From: a candidate division FCPU426 bacterium
GTDB lineage: Bacteria > Oederibacteriota > JAAXVQ01 > JAUVAV01
DNA: 64,000 nucleotides
Direction: 5' to 3'
Assembly (NCBI GenBank): GCA_040756875.1
Contig: JBFLYH010000002.1
Span: 510,526-574,525 of the forward strand
Part shown: positions 52,050-64,000 of the stretch, in pieces
Numbering within the stretch: the first letter of the stretch is position 1
How the letters are laid out: each line of letters starts with the position of its first letter
The notes under the pieces: model-generated
Seen by the model: the letters and a program-made list of their open reading frames with translations, nothing else
Told to the model about the DNA's origin: nothing
Database searches by the model: none
Program-made: the position numbers and the translations under genes

Positions 52050-53912
52050 TCAGCCTTTTTTAATGCGGTACAGAAGCTGGGACAGCGCGGCCGGAGTGAC
52101 GCCTGAAATGCGGCTGGCCTGGCCCAGGTTCTGCGGTTTGAGGGCCGTGAGCTTTTCCACCACTTCCCGCGACAAGCCGGGCAGGCCCTGGTATACGAAA
52201 CCTTCGGGCACGCGGACCTGCTCCAGGAACTCCAGGTCCTCCACCTGCGCGGCCTGGCGCTTCAGGTAACCTTCGTACTTCACGGCCACTTCGGCGCGCT
52301 CCTGAACCAGCCTGGGCACTTGGGCCGTGGCTGGGTCCAGCTCAGCCAGGGCCGCGTACTCCAGCTCGGGCCGGCGCAGCAGTTCCTCCAGCGTGGCGGA
52401 TTCGCTCAGCGGGGCCGAACTGAAACGCGCCAGCACCGCGGCGCTGGCACTCCCGGCCGCGATCCGCGTCTGCCGCAGGCGCAGCAGCTCTTGCTTGAGC
52501 GCCTCTTCCCGCCGTTGGAAGTCCGCATGCGTTTTTTCGTCTACCAGCCCCAGCTGGCGCGCCAGGGGCGTCAGCCGCTCCTCGGCATTGTCCTCGCGCA
52601 ACAGCAGCCGGTATTCCACCCGCGAAGTGAACATGCGGTAGGGTTCGTTGGTGCCTTTGAACACCAGATCGTCGATCAGCACGCCAATGTAGGCCTCGGA
52701 ACGCTTCAAGGCCACCGCTGCCTCGCCCCGGATCCTGCGGACCGCGTTCAAGCCGGCCATCAGGCCCTGGGCCGCGGCTTCCTCATAGCCCGTGGTGCCG
52801 TTGAGCTGGCCGGCGCAGAACAGTCCGGGCAGCAGCGCGCTCTCGAGGCCGGCTGAAAGCTGGGTGGGCAGCAGGTAATCGTGTTCGATGCCGTAGCCGT
52901 TCTGCACGATGACCGCGCGTTCCAGTCCTGCGACTGAACGCACCACCTCCAGCTGCACGTCCGCGGGCAGGCTGTTGGACAGGCCGTTGGGATAGTAGCG
53001 TTCGGTTGACAGGGTTTCCGGCTCCACGAAAACATGGTGGTGGTCCTGGTCCGGGAACTTGACGATCTTGTCCTCGACCGAGGGGCAGTAGCGCACGCCC
53101 GTGGCCGTGATCTGGCCGCCGTAAAGCGCGGACCGCGAGAGGTTGGCGCGGATCAACTCGTGCGTCCGGAGATTGGTCCGGCCCAGGTAGCAGGGCCGCT
53201 GCGCCAGCCGGGGTTCCCGGGGCGAACGGTTGGAGTAGGGATCGAACACCGGGTCGCCCGGCTGTTCGGTCAGGCGGTCGAAATCGATGCTGCGGCCGTC
53301 CAGGCGCGGCGTGGTGCCGGTCTTGAAGCGGCCCAGCTTGACGCCCAGGGCCGCGAGCGCGTCCGGCAGCCGGTCCGAGGCCGGATCGCCGAGGCGTCCG
53401 CTGCGCTGTTGTTCGAAGCCGATGTGGATCAAGCCGTGGAAAAATGTGCCGGCTGCCAGCACCACGGCCCTGGCCGTGACCGCGCCCGCGCGCGCCAAAC
53501 GCACGCCGGCCACCCGGCCCTGCTCGGCCAGCAAGTCCACGGCCTCGTCCTCGGCCAGGTCCAGGCCGGGCAAAGCGCGCAGGCGCGCCTGGGCCAGGCG
53601 GGGGTATTCCTCCAGGTCCACCTGCATGCGCGTGGATTGCACGGCCGCGCCGCGGCTGCGGTTCAGGCGGCGGTACTGGAGGCAGGCCGCGTCGGCCAGC
53701 TCGCCCATGAGCCCGCCCAGGGCGTCGATCTCCTTGACCAGCTGTCCCTTGCCCACCCCGCCGATCGCCGGGTTGCAGCTAAGCGCGCCGATCTGGTCCA
53801 GCTTCAGGGTGACCAGCAGCACCCGGCACTGCATCCGGCTGGCCGCGGCCGCGGCTTCGATGCCCGCGTGGCCGCCGCCCACCACAATGATGTCGTATTC
53901 AGGAGCATTCAT
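52050..53912 (-). CDS. mnmG: tRNA U34 carboxymethylaminomethyl modification enzyme MnmG
   Basis: GGGHAG, SCNPAIGG, RYCPSVEDK, GQLNGTTGYEEAAAQG, SGVTPA. Confidence 0.98.
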   Translation of the reverse strand: MNAPEYDIIVVGGGHAGIEAAAAASRMQCRVLLVTLKLDQIGALSCNPAIGGVGKGQLVKEIDALGGLMGELADAACLQYRRLNRSRGAAVQSTRMQVDLEEYPRLAQARLRALPGLDLAEDEAVDLLAEQGRVAGVRLARAGAVTARAVVLAAGTFFHGLIHIGFEQQRSGRLGDPASDRLPDALAALGVKLGRFKTGTTPRLDGRSIDFDRLTEQPGDPVFDPYSNRSPREPRLAQRPCYLGRTNLRTHELIRANLSRSALYGGQITATGVRYCPSVEDKIVKFPDQDHHHVFVEPETLSTERYYPNGLSNSLPADVQLEVVRSVAGLERAVIVQNGYGIEHDYLLPTQLSAGLESALLPGLFCAGQLNGTTGYEEAAAQGLMAGLNAVRRIRGEAAVALKRSEAYIGVLIDDLVFKGTNEPYRMFTSRVEYRLLLREDNAEERLTPLARQLGLVDEKTHADFQRREEALKQELLRLRQTRIAAGSASAAVLARFSSAPLSESATLEELLRRPELEYAALAELDPATAQVPRLVQERAEVAVKYEGYLKRQAAQVEDLEFLEQVRVPEGFVYQGLPGLSREVVEKLTALKPQNLGQASRISGVTPAALSQLLYRIKKG

Positions 53913-53966
53913 GGAATCCTCGGGAGACCGTGACAGGAGCTAAGGACGCGCAGCGAAAACCCGGAA

Positions 53967-54593
53967 TCAGTCTTTTTTCAGCCAGCCCTCTTCATTGGCG
54001 CGTTCGACCACGAACAGCAGGTTCTGGCCGGGCGCGGTCTGGTAATAGATCCTGGCGGTCGGGTCCTCGCGGTCTTCTTCCACATGCATGATTCCGCGCA
54101 CCCGCTGCCACAGCCGGTGCCCGGCCTGCACCGGGGAATAGCTGCCGTCCGTTTGGTCCAAGCAGGCGGCCAATTCGCGGCTGATCTCCTCGCACCCGGC
54201 CGGATCACCGGTCATTGCGACCGCGGCCTGCCACAGCGACTCTCCGGTCTTGGGCATAAGCGTGCGGAAATGATACGCCAGCGCGGTCAGGAGCAGGCGG
54301 TAATAACCCCGGATGTCGTCCTGCGTGAGGGCTTCGAGCCGGCAGGTGGTCAGCCGGTAGCTGCTGCCCACGCCGCAGGTGTTCTTGAACATAAAGTCCA
54401 CGATTTCGAGCAGGCCCAGCAGGAGTTTGGAGATGATCTTGGGCTGCCGGTGCGCCGCCTGGATGAATTCCGCCGCCACTTGGCGCTGATCGCGGATGAT
54501 GTCCTCGCGCCGCTTGATTTCATCGGGGTTCAGCCAGGGTTCGTCGTCCGGTTGCTGCAATACGATTTTCTTTTTAACCGGCCGTTTGGGCAT
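53967..54593 (-). CDS. Hypothetical protein
   Basis: CAGGAG RBS before MPKRPVKK; host-like codon usage; no motif recognised. Confidence 0.65.
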   Translation of the reverse strand: MPKRPVKKKIVLQQPDDEPWLNPDEIKRREDIIRDQRQVAAEFIQAAHRQPKIISKLLLGLLEIVDFMFKNTCGVGSSYRLTTCRLEALTQDDIRGYYRLLLTALAYHFRTLMPKTGESLWQAAVAMTGDPAGCEEISRELAACLDQTDGSYSPVQAGHRLWQRVRGIMHVEEDREDPTARIYYQTAPGQNLLFVVERANEEGWLKKD

Positions 54594-54611
54594 GTCGCAC
54601 TCCTGAAAATC

Positions 54612-54754
54612 GGCGTTTACCCTGCCAACGCAGAAAGCCCTGCGCATGCGCAGGGATGAATGCGACTGGAACGTTGGCAGGATGTCGCCTGTTAACTTAG
54701 CCGACGACGCAAGGTTGTTTAGTGGTGCCCCGGGCTTCGCCCGGGGGACTCCAC
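54612..54754. mobile_element. Palindromic element resembling IS200/IS605 ends (non-autonomous), or a structured RNA
   Basis: Nested inverted repeats 54621-54630/54672-54681 around perfect palindrome 54638-54655; second hairpin 54722-54754. Confidence 0.45.
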
Positions 54755-54809
54755 GTATTATAAGGCCTGCATGCCGGGCCGGACTACAGAAAAGCTGCCC
54801 GTGGATCTT

Positions 54810-56186
54810 TTACTTCTCCTCCCGCACCCAGCGGGCCGCGAACAGGCCGTCCAGTTCGGGATGCCCGGGAAAAGTGCGGAACAGGCCGTCCCCGCCCCAA
54901 AACATTGTGTCCGGCTGGCCGCCGGACCCCGGCCCGGCCAGCAGCCGGAACGCGGGGTGGGTCTCCGCAAACCGCGCAACCACGTCCTCGTTCTCCTCGG
55001 GTTCGGTGGTGCAGGTGGAATAAACCAAGTGCCCGCCGGGTTTGACAAAACCCGCCGCCTGGTCCAGCAGGGCCAGCTGCCCAGCGGCCATCCGCGCGAA
55101 ATCCCCCGCCTGCACCCGCCACCTGGCTTCCGCGTGCCGCCGCAACGTGCCCAAGCCCGAGCACGGCGCGTCCACCAGCACGCGGTCCGCCCTCACCTCC
55201 GGCGGCAGGTCGGAAAGCGTGCGCAGATTCTCCAGGCGCAGGCGCCGGGCGTTTTCTTCCACGCGCTGGAGCCGTTGCGGATGGCTGTCATACGCCAGGA
55301 CCTGCCCCGTGCCTTTGAGCAGTTCAGCCAGGTGTGTGGCTTTGCCGCCGGGCGCGCTGCACAGGTCCAGGCAAACCTGGCCGGGTTGCGGGTCTGCCAG
55401 GCGGCCGACCAACTGCGAAGCCTGGTCCTGGAAGTACAGCCAGCCTTCGGCCAGGCCCGGCCATTGGGCGGGCCGGCCTTCGCGCTGCAGCAGCAGGCTC
55501 TCGGGCAGGAGCCCGGGTTCGGCCTGTACGCCGGCCGCGGCCAGGCCGGCCAGGGCCTGTTCCCGGGTGGCGGCCCCGAGGTTCACGCGGGCCGCGAGCG
55601 GCGGCGCCTCGTTGGCCGCCTCGAACATGGCCGCCGCCTGCACTGGCCCGAACCGCGCCAGCCAGCGTTCCGCCAGAAACAGCGGCAGCGAATACCGCAC
55701 CGCGGCATGAGCCGCCGGATCGTCTTTGGGGTCCGGCAGCGCGGGCGCTCCCTGGCGGGAGAGGGCGCGCAGCACGGCGTTGACCAGGCGGACATGGGGC
55801 AGGGACAGCCTCGATTTGGCCAGTTCGACCGTGGCGTGGACCGCGGCATGCGGCGGAATCTTGCTGAGCAGCAGCAGTTGATAGGCGCCCAGGCGCAGGA
55901 GGGTCCGGGCCGGACCGGGCAAGGCCCCGGGTTTGGACAAATACGGCTTCAAGGCGTAATCGAGGAAGGTTTTGAACTTGATGGTGCCGAGCGACAGCTC
56001 CCAAGCCAGGCGCGCGTCCGCGGGCGACAGCCCTGCTTCAGGCAGGCGCGCCTCCAGCCAGGCTTCGGCCCAGGCGCCGCGCTGTTCGACGCGGTTCAAG
56101 GCCTCCCAGGCCAGGCCGCGGGCGGAAAAAAAAGCGCGGCGCCCGCCTGACAGGGTGGACGCCGCGCGCGATGCTTTTTTGGTCAT
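54810..56186 (-). CDS. rsmB: 16S rRNA m5C967 methyltransferase
   Basis: NusB-like N-terminus, QDQASQ, DLCSAPGGK, DAPCSGLG, YSTCT. Confidence 0.95.
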   Translation of the reverse strand: MTKKASRAASTLSGGRRAFFSARGLAWEALNRVEQRGAWAEAWLEARLPEAGLSPADARLAWELSLGTIKFKTFLDYALKPYLSKPGALPGPARTLLRLGAYQLLLLSKIPPHAAVHATVELAKSRLSLPHVRLVNAVLRALSRQGAPALPDPKDDPAAHAAVRYSLPLFLAERWLARFGPVQAAAMFEAANEAPPLAARVNLGAATREQALAGLAAAGVQAEPGLLPESLLLQREGRPAQWPGLAEGWLYFQDQASQLVGRLADPQPGQVCLDLCSAPGGKATHLAELLKGTGQVLAYDSHPQRLQRVEENARRLRLENLRTLSDLPPEVRADRVLVDAPCSGLGTLRRHAEARWRVQAGDFARMAAGQLALLDQAAGFVKPGGHLVYSTCTTEPEENEDVVARFAETHPAFRLLAGPGSGGQPDTMFWGGDGLFRTFPGHPELDGLFAARWVREEK

Positions 56187-56196
56187 GTGCTTTGGA

Positions 56197-57051
56197 TCAG
56201 ACGCCTTTGATCACCCCGCGAAGTTCCTGATCCAGGGCTTCCAGGCGTTCGCGGCGCTGCTCAAGCGTAGGGTGGGTGGAAAACAGGTTCGCCAGCCCGC
56301 TGAGTTTGAAGGGATTAACGATGAACAAATGCGCCGTGGCCTGGGAACCGGCGGTTTCGGCCAGCGGCCGCTGCCGCACGGCCAGATGCAGCTTCTCCAG
56401 GGCCTTGACCAAATCCAGGGGCCGGTTGGTCAGCTGTCCTGCGCCCCGGTCTGCGGCGTATTCGCGGGAACGCGAGACCGCCAGCTGGATCAGCATGGCG
56501 GCGATGGGCGCCAGGAGCAGCGTGATCAGCGCGCCGGCCGCGTTGCGGTCCCGGCTGCCGCCGAACCAAAAGGAGATGCGCGCCAGCATGGTGATGGCGC
56601 CGGCCAGGGTGGCGGCGATCGCGCCGATCAGGATGTCGCGGTTCTTCACGTGCGTCAGCTCGTGGGCCAGCACGGCCGAGAGCTCGCTGTCGTTCAGGAT
56701 GTTCAGGATGCCCGTGGTTACGGCCACCACGGCATGGTGCGGGTTGCGCCCCGTGGCAAAGGCGTTCGGCACCTCGGTATCGATGACCTTCACGCGGGGC
56801 ATGGGCAGATTGGCCTGGGTGGTCAGGTTGCGTACGATCATTTCGGCCCGGCGTTCGGCGGGCTGGGGATCGCGGGCCCGGTACATGGCCAGCACGATCT
56901 TGTCCGAAAACCAATATGAACCGAAATTGAGCAGGACCGCAAAACCCAAAGCCACCATCATGCCCTGCTGCCCGCCCAGGCGGTCGCCGATGAACATCAA
57001 CAACAGGGTCATGGCCAGCAGCAACAGGAATGTTTTGAAAAGGTTTTTCAT
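56197..57051 (-). CDS. htpX: Zinc metalloprotease HtpX
   Basis: PNAFATGRNP, AHELTH, SRSREYAAD, FSTHP. Confidence 0.95.
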   Translation of the reverse strand: MKNLFKTFLLLLAMTLLLMFIGDRLGGQQGMMVALGFAVLLNFGSYWFSDKIVLAMYRARDPQPAERRAEMIVRNLTTQANLPMPRVKVIDTEVPNAFATGRNPHHAVVAVTTGILNILNDSELSAVLAHELTHVKNRDILIGAIAATLAGAITMLARISFWFGGSRDRNAAGALITLLLAPIAAMLIQLAVSRSREYAADRGAGQLTNRPLDLVKALEKLHLAVRQRPLAETAGSQATAHLFIVNPFKLSGLANLFSTHPTLEQRRERLEALDQELRGVIKGV

Positions 57052-57174
57052 AAGGCAAGCACCTACCTGTCCGTTAAAATTGCCCGTCCCCTATCACAGG
57101 GGCGTAGAATCCCCTTATCAATGACACCATATTCGCGGAAAAGATCGCAGCAGACAGCCGAAAAGCCCCGATTA

Positions 57175-57573
57175 TCAGGGGTTTTTCAGGATATGAGCAA
57201 TGAAGCGGCCGATGGCGTCCGCATCCTCGTCCCGCAAGGCCATGAAATAGATGCCCGCGCCGTGCTTGCCCTCAGACAGGCCGTGGTCAGACACCCAGAT
57301 CACCTCGGAAAAAGCGCGCACGGGTTTGGACTCCTCGGGCAGCACCACTTCGATTTTAAGAATGTCGCCTTTTTCCAGGATGCGGTCGCAAACCAGAAAC
57401 AAGCCTTCAGCCGAGACGTCCTTGGAGTCGCCTTTCAGCAAAGACCGCTTCTCCTCCAGCGCCATCATGGCCTCGTCGGTCTCGTTGATCACCTTGAACT
57501 GCACGGGGATGGTGACTTTAATCCGCGGATGCTTGCGTTTGTCGAATGATAAGGATGCCTCTTCCATATCCAT
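57175..57573 (-). CDS. Stand-alone PilZ domain protein
   Basis: RKHPR (RxxxR) and DVSAEG (DxSxxG) c-di-GMP-binding motifs. Confidence 0.88.
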   Translation of the reverse strand: MDMEEASLSFDKRKHPRIKVTIPVQFKVINETDEAMMALEEKRSLLKGDSKDVSAEGLFLVCDRILEKGDILKIEVVLPEESKPVRAFSEVIWVSDHGLSEGKHGAGIYFMALRDEDADAIGRFIAHILKNP

Positions 57574-57655
57574 CCCTCCCTGAGGTGTGGGTTGGCCGCT
57601 TTCTGCGCGGCGGTCTCTAGGCTCATTGTAGCACGTTCCCGCGCGCTTGGCGAGG

Positions 57656-58056
57656 TCAGGCCTGCTCGTCGAGCGCCAGGTTCACCAGCCGGTCCGCGGC
57701 GGCGTTCTGCTCGCGGGGCACGTGACAGGCTTCCCAACGCCGGAAGGCGGCCAATTCGCGGCGGCAGGACTGCCACAGCGGTTTCAGCCCCGCGTCCTTG
57801 ACGCGGTAAACGCCCGACAACTGCCGGACGATCAGTTCCGAATCCAGCTTGAGCACCAGCTCCTCAAGCCCGTGGGCGCGGGCCAGCTCCAGTCCCAGCA
57901 GAACCCCGCGGTATTCGGCTACGTTATTGGTGGCATGGCCCAGGAAGGCTCGGCGCTGGCCCAGTTCGCGGCCATCCGGAGCGTAAAGGATCGCCGCGGC
58001 TGCCGCCGGGCCGGGATTGCCGCGGCTGCCGCCGTCGCAGAACAAAGTCCCGGTGC

Positions 58057-58060
<4 letters not shown>
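57656..58060 (-). CDS. rnhA: Ribonuclease HI family protein
   Basis: GTG start overlapping kdsA stop; [26 protein letters not shown]. Confidence 0.9.
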
Positions 58061-60616
<2,556 letters not shown>

Positions 60617-60635
60617 TCAAGCTGCAGGATAATTT

Positions 60636-60663
60636 ATTGTACGCAGGAGACGGCGACTGTCAA
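60636..60663 (-). promoter_or_regulatory. Sigma70-type promoter of pyrG-kdsA-rnhA
   Basis: TTGACA-16 nt-TACAAT. Confidence 0.65.
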
Positions 60664-60701
60664 ATGAATTACCGGGATACCCTTCGCCCGGCAGGGCGGA
60701 G

Positions 60702-62621
60702 TCATTGCGTGGCTTTGATTTTTTCCTGGGCTTTTTGGATGTTCTTTTCCGCGCCGGGATAATCCGGCTGCAGGATCAGGACGTCCTTCCAATAGGCGAT
60801 GGCCTGGCGGTATTGCCCCAGGGTGTACACCTCGATGCCTTTAAGATAAAACTCCTTGGCTTTGCCTTCCATCTGGACGCGGTACTGCTGGAGCCTGGCC
60901 TGGGCTTCGTCGTCTTTCGGCACCAGGCTGCCGGTCTGGCGCCAGCTGCGCACCGCGCGCACCAGGTCGTCGGCTTGGACGTAGCGGTCGCCGGCGGCGA
61001 TCAGTTGTTTGAGCTTGAGATCGCGCAGGCGTATCGCCTCCTTGAGGTACTGGCGGGCCTGCTTGTGGCCGCTGGCGATCTCGAGCACCTGCGACCACTG
61101 GTCGATCGCTCCGCGGTAATCGCCCCGTTCAAAGGCGCGCAATCCTTTGGCGTAATACTCCTGGATCCGCGGGTCCTTGTACTCCTTGCCGCCCTTGGCC
61201 AACTGCTCCCGGGTCTTGTCCAGCTGGGCCAGTGCCTCGGCGTTTTTCTCGTCCAGGGCCAGCACAGCCTGCCACGCCTGCAGCGCATCCACCCACTGCT
61301 GCCGCTTGAACGCCGCCCGGCCGATCGCCAGCTGCTCGGCAACGGCCTGGGCGTGGTAAAGCTTGCGGGTTTTGTCCAGGGCCTGTGCGGCCCGGGTGTT
61401 GCCGGCGTCAGTCAGTAAAATCCGCTGGTACTCGTCCAAGGCATCCTCAAGCTGGCCGGTCTGGGCGTAGCGGTCCGCCCGCGCAAAGCGTTCGGAAAGT
61501 TCCCGGCTTTTCTCCTGCTCGCGCTGCCTGCGCTGAGCTTCCTCCAGGCCCTGGCCGGCCGAAGCATCGTTGGGAAGGAAAGCCAGCACTTTTTGAAAGG
61601 CGTTCACAGCTTCTGCGTAGCGCCCGGCCGCGAGCGCGGCCTGTCCCTGCTGGCGGGCCTGCGAGAGGAGCGATTCCTTCTCCGAAGCCAAGGCCCGGCC
61701 GCCGCCGAAGAAATAAGTAAAGCTGACGCGGTGACCCAGCCCCAGGTCGCCCTGCGGCGTCAGGGCGTAATCCAGCTGGTACCCCTGGATGTTGAATCCC
61801 AGTCCCGCGCGCAGGCCGGACAGCCGGTCCAGGCCCTCGAACTCCGGGCGGACCAGGTACCCGGCGCGCAGGGCGATCATATTGCGGTACCAATACTCGG
61901 CGCCCACGCCGTACCTGAACCAGCCGGGCAGGGTCCTGGCCACATCCGCGGTGAAGTTCAACTGGTCCGAAAAAAACCGGCCGGCCGCGCCCACGCGCAG
62001 GGTCAGGGGCAGGCTATAGCCTGCCACCGGCAACCCCAGGTTCTGCACGGCCGCGCCCAATGACCACCAGGCCCCTGCGGGCCGGAACAGGGCGCCCAGA
62101 TCCGCGAACCCGCTTTGGTACGTCACGTCGTCCAGCTGCTCCCGCGCGTAATTCAGGCTGGCGCCCGCGGAAAAATCCCGGCCCACGGGCAGGCCGAAGG
62201 CCAGGCCCGCGGTCAGGCTGAAGGGATTGAAGCCCTCGCCCGTAATCAGGCCGTCGTCGTCGCGCCGCAATTGGACATCCGAATTCAAATAGGCGGCCTG
62301 GGCGGCGGCGCAACCGCCCCAGAGCGGAACCGCGCCCGCCAGGAATTCCTGTTTGAGGTTGGAAATCCACTGGTTGTGCATGAAAAAGATTTCGGGTTCG
62401 GAAATCCCGGCCAGTCCGGCGCTGTTCCAGGAGAGGGTGGTGACATCGTCTCCCAGCCCGGTAAACGCCTCGCCCATGGCCATGGCCCGCGGCCCGGCGC
62501 CCAGCAGAAGGAAAGACATGGCGTTACGGGAGGCCGGCCGGTCGCCGGCTAGAAGCTGTGCCGGCACGGCGGCCAGCCCCGCGAGAACCAGAAGTGCGAG
62601 CAGCTGTCCGCAGGTCCTCAT
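60702..62621 (-). CDS. PorV/PorQ-family beta-barrel fused to C-terminal TPR repeats
   Basis: Signal peptide; FLLLGAGPRAMAMGEAFTGLGDD...WNSAGL; barrel ends HRVSFTYFF; then multiple TPRs. Confidence 0.8.
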   Translation of the reverse strand: MRTCGQLLALLVLAGLAAVPAQLLAGDRPASRNAMSFLLLGAGPRAMAMGEAFTGLGDDVTTLSWNSAGLAGISEPEIFFMHNQWISNLKQEFLAGAVPLWGGCAAAQAAYLNSDVQLRRDDDGLITGEGFNPFSLTAGLAFGLPVGRDFSAGASLNYAREQLDDVTYQSGFADLGALFRPAGAWWSLGAAVQNLGLPVAGYSLPLTLRVGAAGRFFSDQLNFTADVARTLPGWFRYGVGAEYWYRNMIALRAGYLVRPEFEGLDRLSGLRAGLGFNIQGYQLDYALTPQGDLGLGHRVSFTYFFGGGRALASEKESLLSQARQQGQAALAAGRYAEAVNAFQKVLAFLPNDASAGQGLEEAQRRQREQEKSRELSERFARADRYAQTGQLEDALDEYQRILLTDAGNTRAAQALDKTRKLYHAQAVAEQLAIGRAAFKRQQWVDALQAWQAVLALDEKNAEALAQLDKTREQLAKGGKEYKDPRIQEYYAKGLRAFERGDYRGAIDQWSQVLEIASGHKQARQYLKEAIRLRDLKLKQLIAAGDRYVQADDLVRAVRSWRQTGSLVPKDDEAQARLQQYRVQMEGKAKEFYLKGIEVYTLGQYRQAIAYWKDVLILQPDYPGAEKNIQKAQEKIKATQ

Positions 62622-64000
62622 TTGATCACCGTCAGCTTTCCGGCCGGAAAACTCTTCATGCTGCCCTGGCGGTCACGGGCCGTGACTTTGAACAAATACA
62701 CGCCCGGCGCCACGCCACTCACGTCCCATTCGTGTTGATTGTACTTCTGGCCCTGGCCCTGGCCTTCCCAGTCCCACACCAGGGCCGCGGTCTGGTTGTA
62801 AACCCGGATCAGGACCGTGGCGTCCTCATCCAGCCAGTAAAGAAATTTGATTTGCTTCCCCCGGCAGGGATTGGGATAGCTGATTGCCTCGTCGCGCGAA
62901 ATCAACGGTTCGAGCGTGAAATCCGCGCGCTCGCCTGGGTAAATCCCCGTGATCACCTGGGCTTTCATGCCCGTGGCCGCGGCTTTGACGCGGTAAGGCC
63001 CGCCGGTAATGGGCGACAGGATGAATTCCCCGTCCGGATTGGCCGTGGTCTGCAACAGCACCTGGTCCGAGGACATGGCCAGAACACTGGCCGTGGAAGG
63101 ATAAAGCGGCTTGCCGTTTTTCGCGATAATCCTGCCGGCGATGGAGGTCTGCTCCACCAGCACGAGGTTGACCTGTTCGGTCTCTTCGCCCAGCGTGGCG
63201 TTGAACCCTCCGCTGCCGACAGAATAACCGGCGCACTCGACGCCGATGGAATAGGGCGCGGAATGCAAGCCGCGGATAGTGTATTTTCCCGCCTGGTCCG
63301 TGAATCCGTAGCGGTAAGGCAGCAAATTATCGGCCGTATAGACCCACACTTTTGCCAACCCGATGGGATTGCCCACTTGGTCGGCGATCCGGCCGGAGAC
63401 GCTTCCACCTGACGATATAATGAGTTCTCTTTGCAGGTTTTGCCCGGCCAGGACCTGGACGCCTCCCTGGGGTTCCATAGCGTAATTCAAGCCGGTCATA
63501 GACTCGTAAACGCCCTGGACGCTGTACGTGCCGGGCGCAAGCATAATGGCGTAATTGCCCCAGTGATCGGTCTGGGTGTAGGCGCGGAACCCGCTGTCGT
63601 TCCAAAAGAAAACCAAGCCGTTGATGAGGCGGCTGCCTCCCTGGTCGCGCATCAGTCCCGAAACCTTTTGCCCGTTTTGGGACAGATACAAATAACGGCT
63701 GACCGAGCCGTTGGTTAAATCCACGCGCGAATTGACGCAGGCAAAACCATTGGCATCCGTAATCGGAGGCAGGGCTTCCAGGTCATACCCCAGACGGGAC
63801 AGCCCGGTAAACTCAAAGCGCCCGCCGCCATCGGTGCTGCCGTGGCCAATCAGGCCGATGCCGAAGGCCGCGGTCGGATCCATGGCGCTTTTGATTTGAA
63901 CCGGAATATTCGAGGCAGGCCGGGTGTTTCCGCCGGTCTCCAGGTAATAAACATAGCCGGAACACGTTTCCCCCGCGCTCTCCGAGAAATCCAAGGCGTT
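62618..64000 (-). CDS. Carboxypeptidase-regulatory-like repeat protein with T9SS type-A-like C-terminal sorting domain (5' partial)
   Basis: Repeats SGRIADQ...TDQAGKYTI; CTD YPNP...IRVYN...GVYLFKV...KLTVIK; frame open to the window edge. Confidence 0.75.
   Translation of the reverse strand, partial: NALDFSESAGETCSGYVYYLETGGNTRPASNIPVQIKSAMDPTAAFGIGLIGHGSTDGGGRFEFTGLSRLGYDLEALPPITDANGFACVNSRVDLTNGSVSRYLYLSQNGQKVSGLMRDQGGSRLINGLVFFWNDSGFRAYTQTDHWGNYAIMLAPGTYSVQGVYESMTGLNYAMEPQGGVQVLAGQNLQRELIISSGGSVSGRIADQVGNPIGLAKVWVYTADNLLPYRYGFTDQAGKYTIRGLHSAPYSIGVECAGYSVGSGGFNATLGEETEQVNLVLVEQTSIAGRIIAKNGKPLYPSTASVLAMSSDQVLLQTTANPDGEFILSPITGGPYRVKAAATGMKAQVITGIYPGERADFTLEPLISRDEAISYPNPCRGKQIKFLYWLDEDATVLIRVYNQTAALVWDWEGQGQGQKYNQHEWDVSGVAPGVYLFKVTARDRQGSMKSFPAGKLTVIK

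Overview
GC-rich chromosomal segment of a diderm bacterium (kdsA, PilQ secretin, beta-barrel OMPs). It also carries Firmicutes-like traits (CheC, lepA-hemW-hrcA-dnaK order) and a PorV-like/T9SS-CTD gene pair, which suggests a poorly characterised lineage (inference only). All genes except pcm lie on the minus strand; most long plus-strand ORFs are antisense shadows. Housekeeping content: topA, dprA, aroCKE, pilMNOPQ, hrcA-grpE-dnaK-dnaJ, lepAB, glmMS, pdxJ, queC, mnmG, rsmB/E, kdsA, pyrG. Top observations: (1) an AT-rich cassette encoding a lipoprotein fusing an M48 metallopeptidase, a pre-toxin TG-like motif and a TNT/ART-like C-terminal domain, followed by a candidate immunity gene; (2) an AT-rich 2.6 kb islet (beta-propeller plus SLT lytic transglycosylase) inserted into the 3' end of pilP and bounded by an exact 21-bp direct repeat, with no integrase; (3) a cheA-cheC operon translationally coupled to an FtsA-like actin ATPase with about five beta-grasp-like repeats; (4) a degenerate PilT paralog; (5) a palindromic IS200/IS605-like miniature element. 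All calls come from reading motifs by eye; no searches were run.
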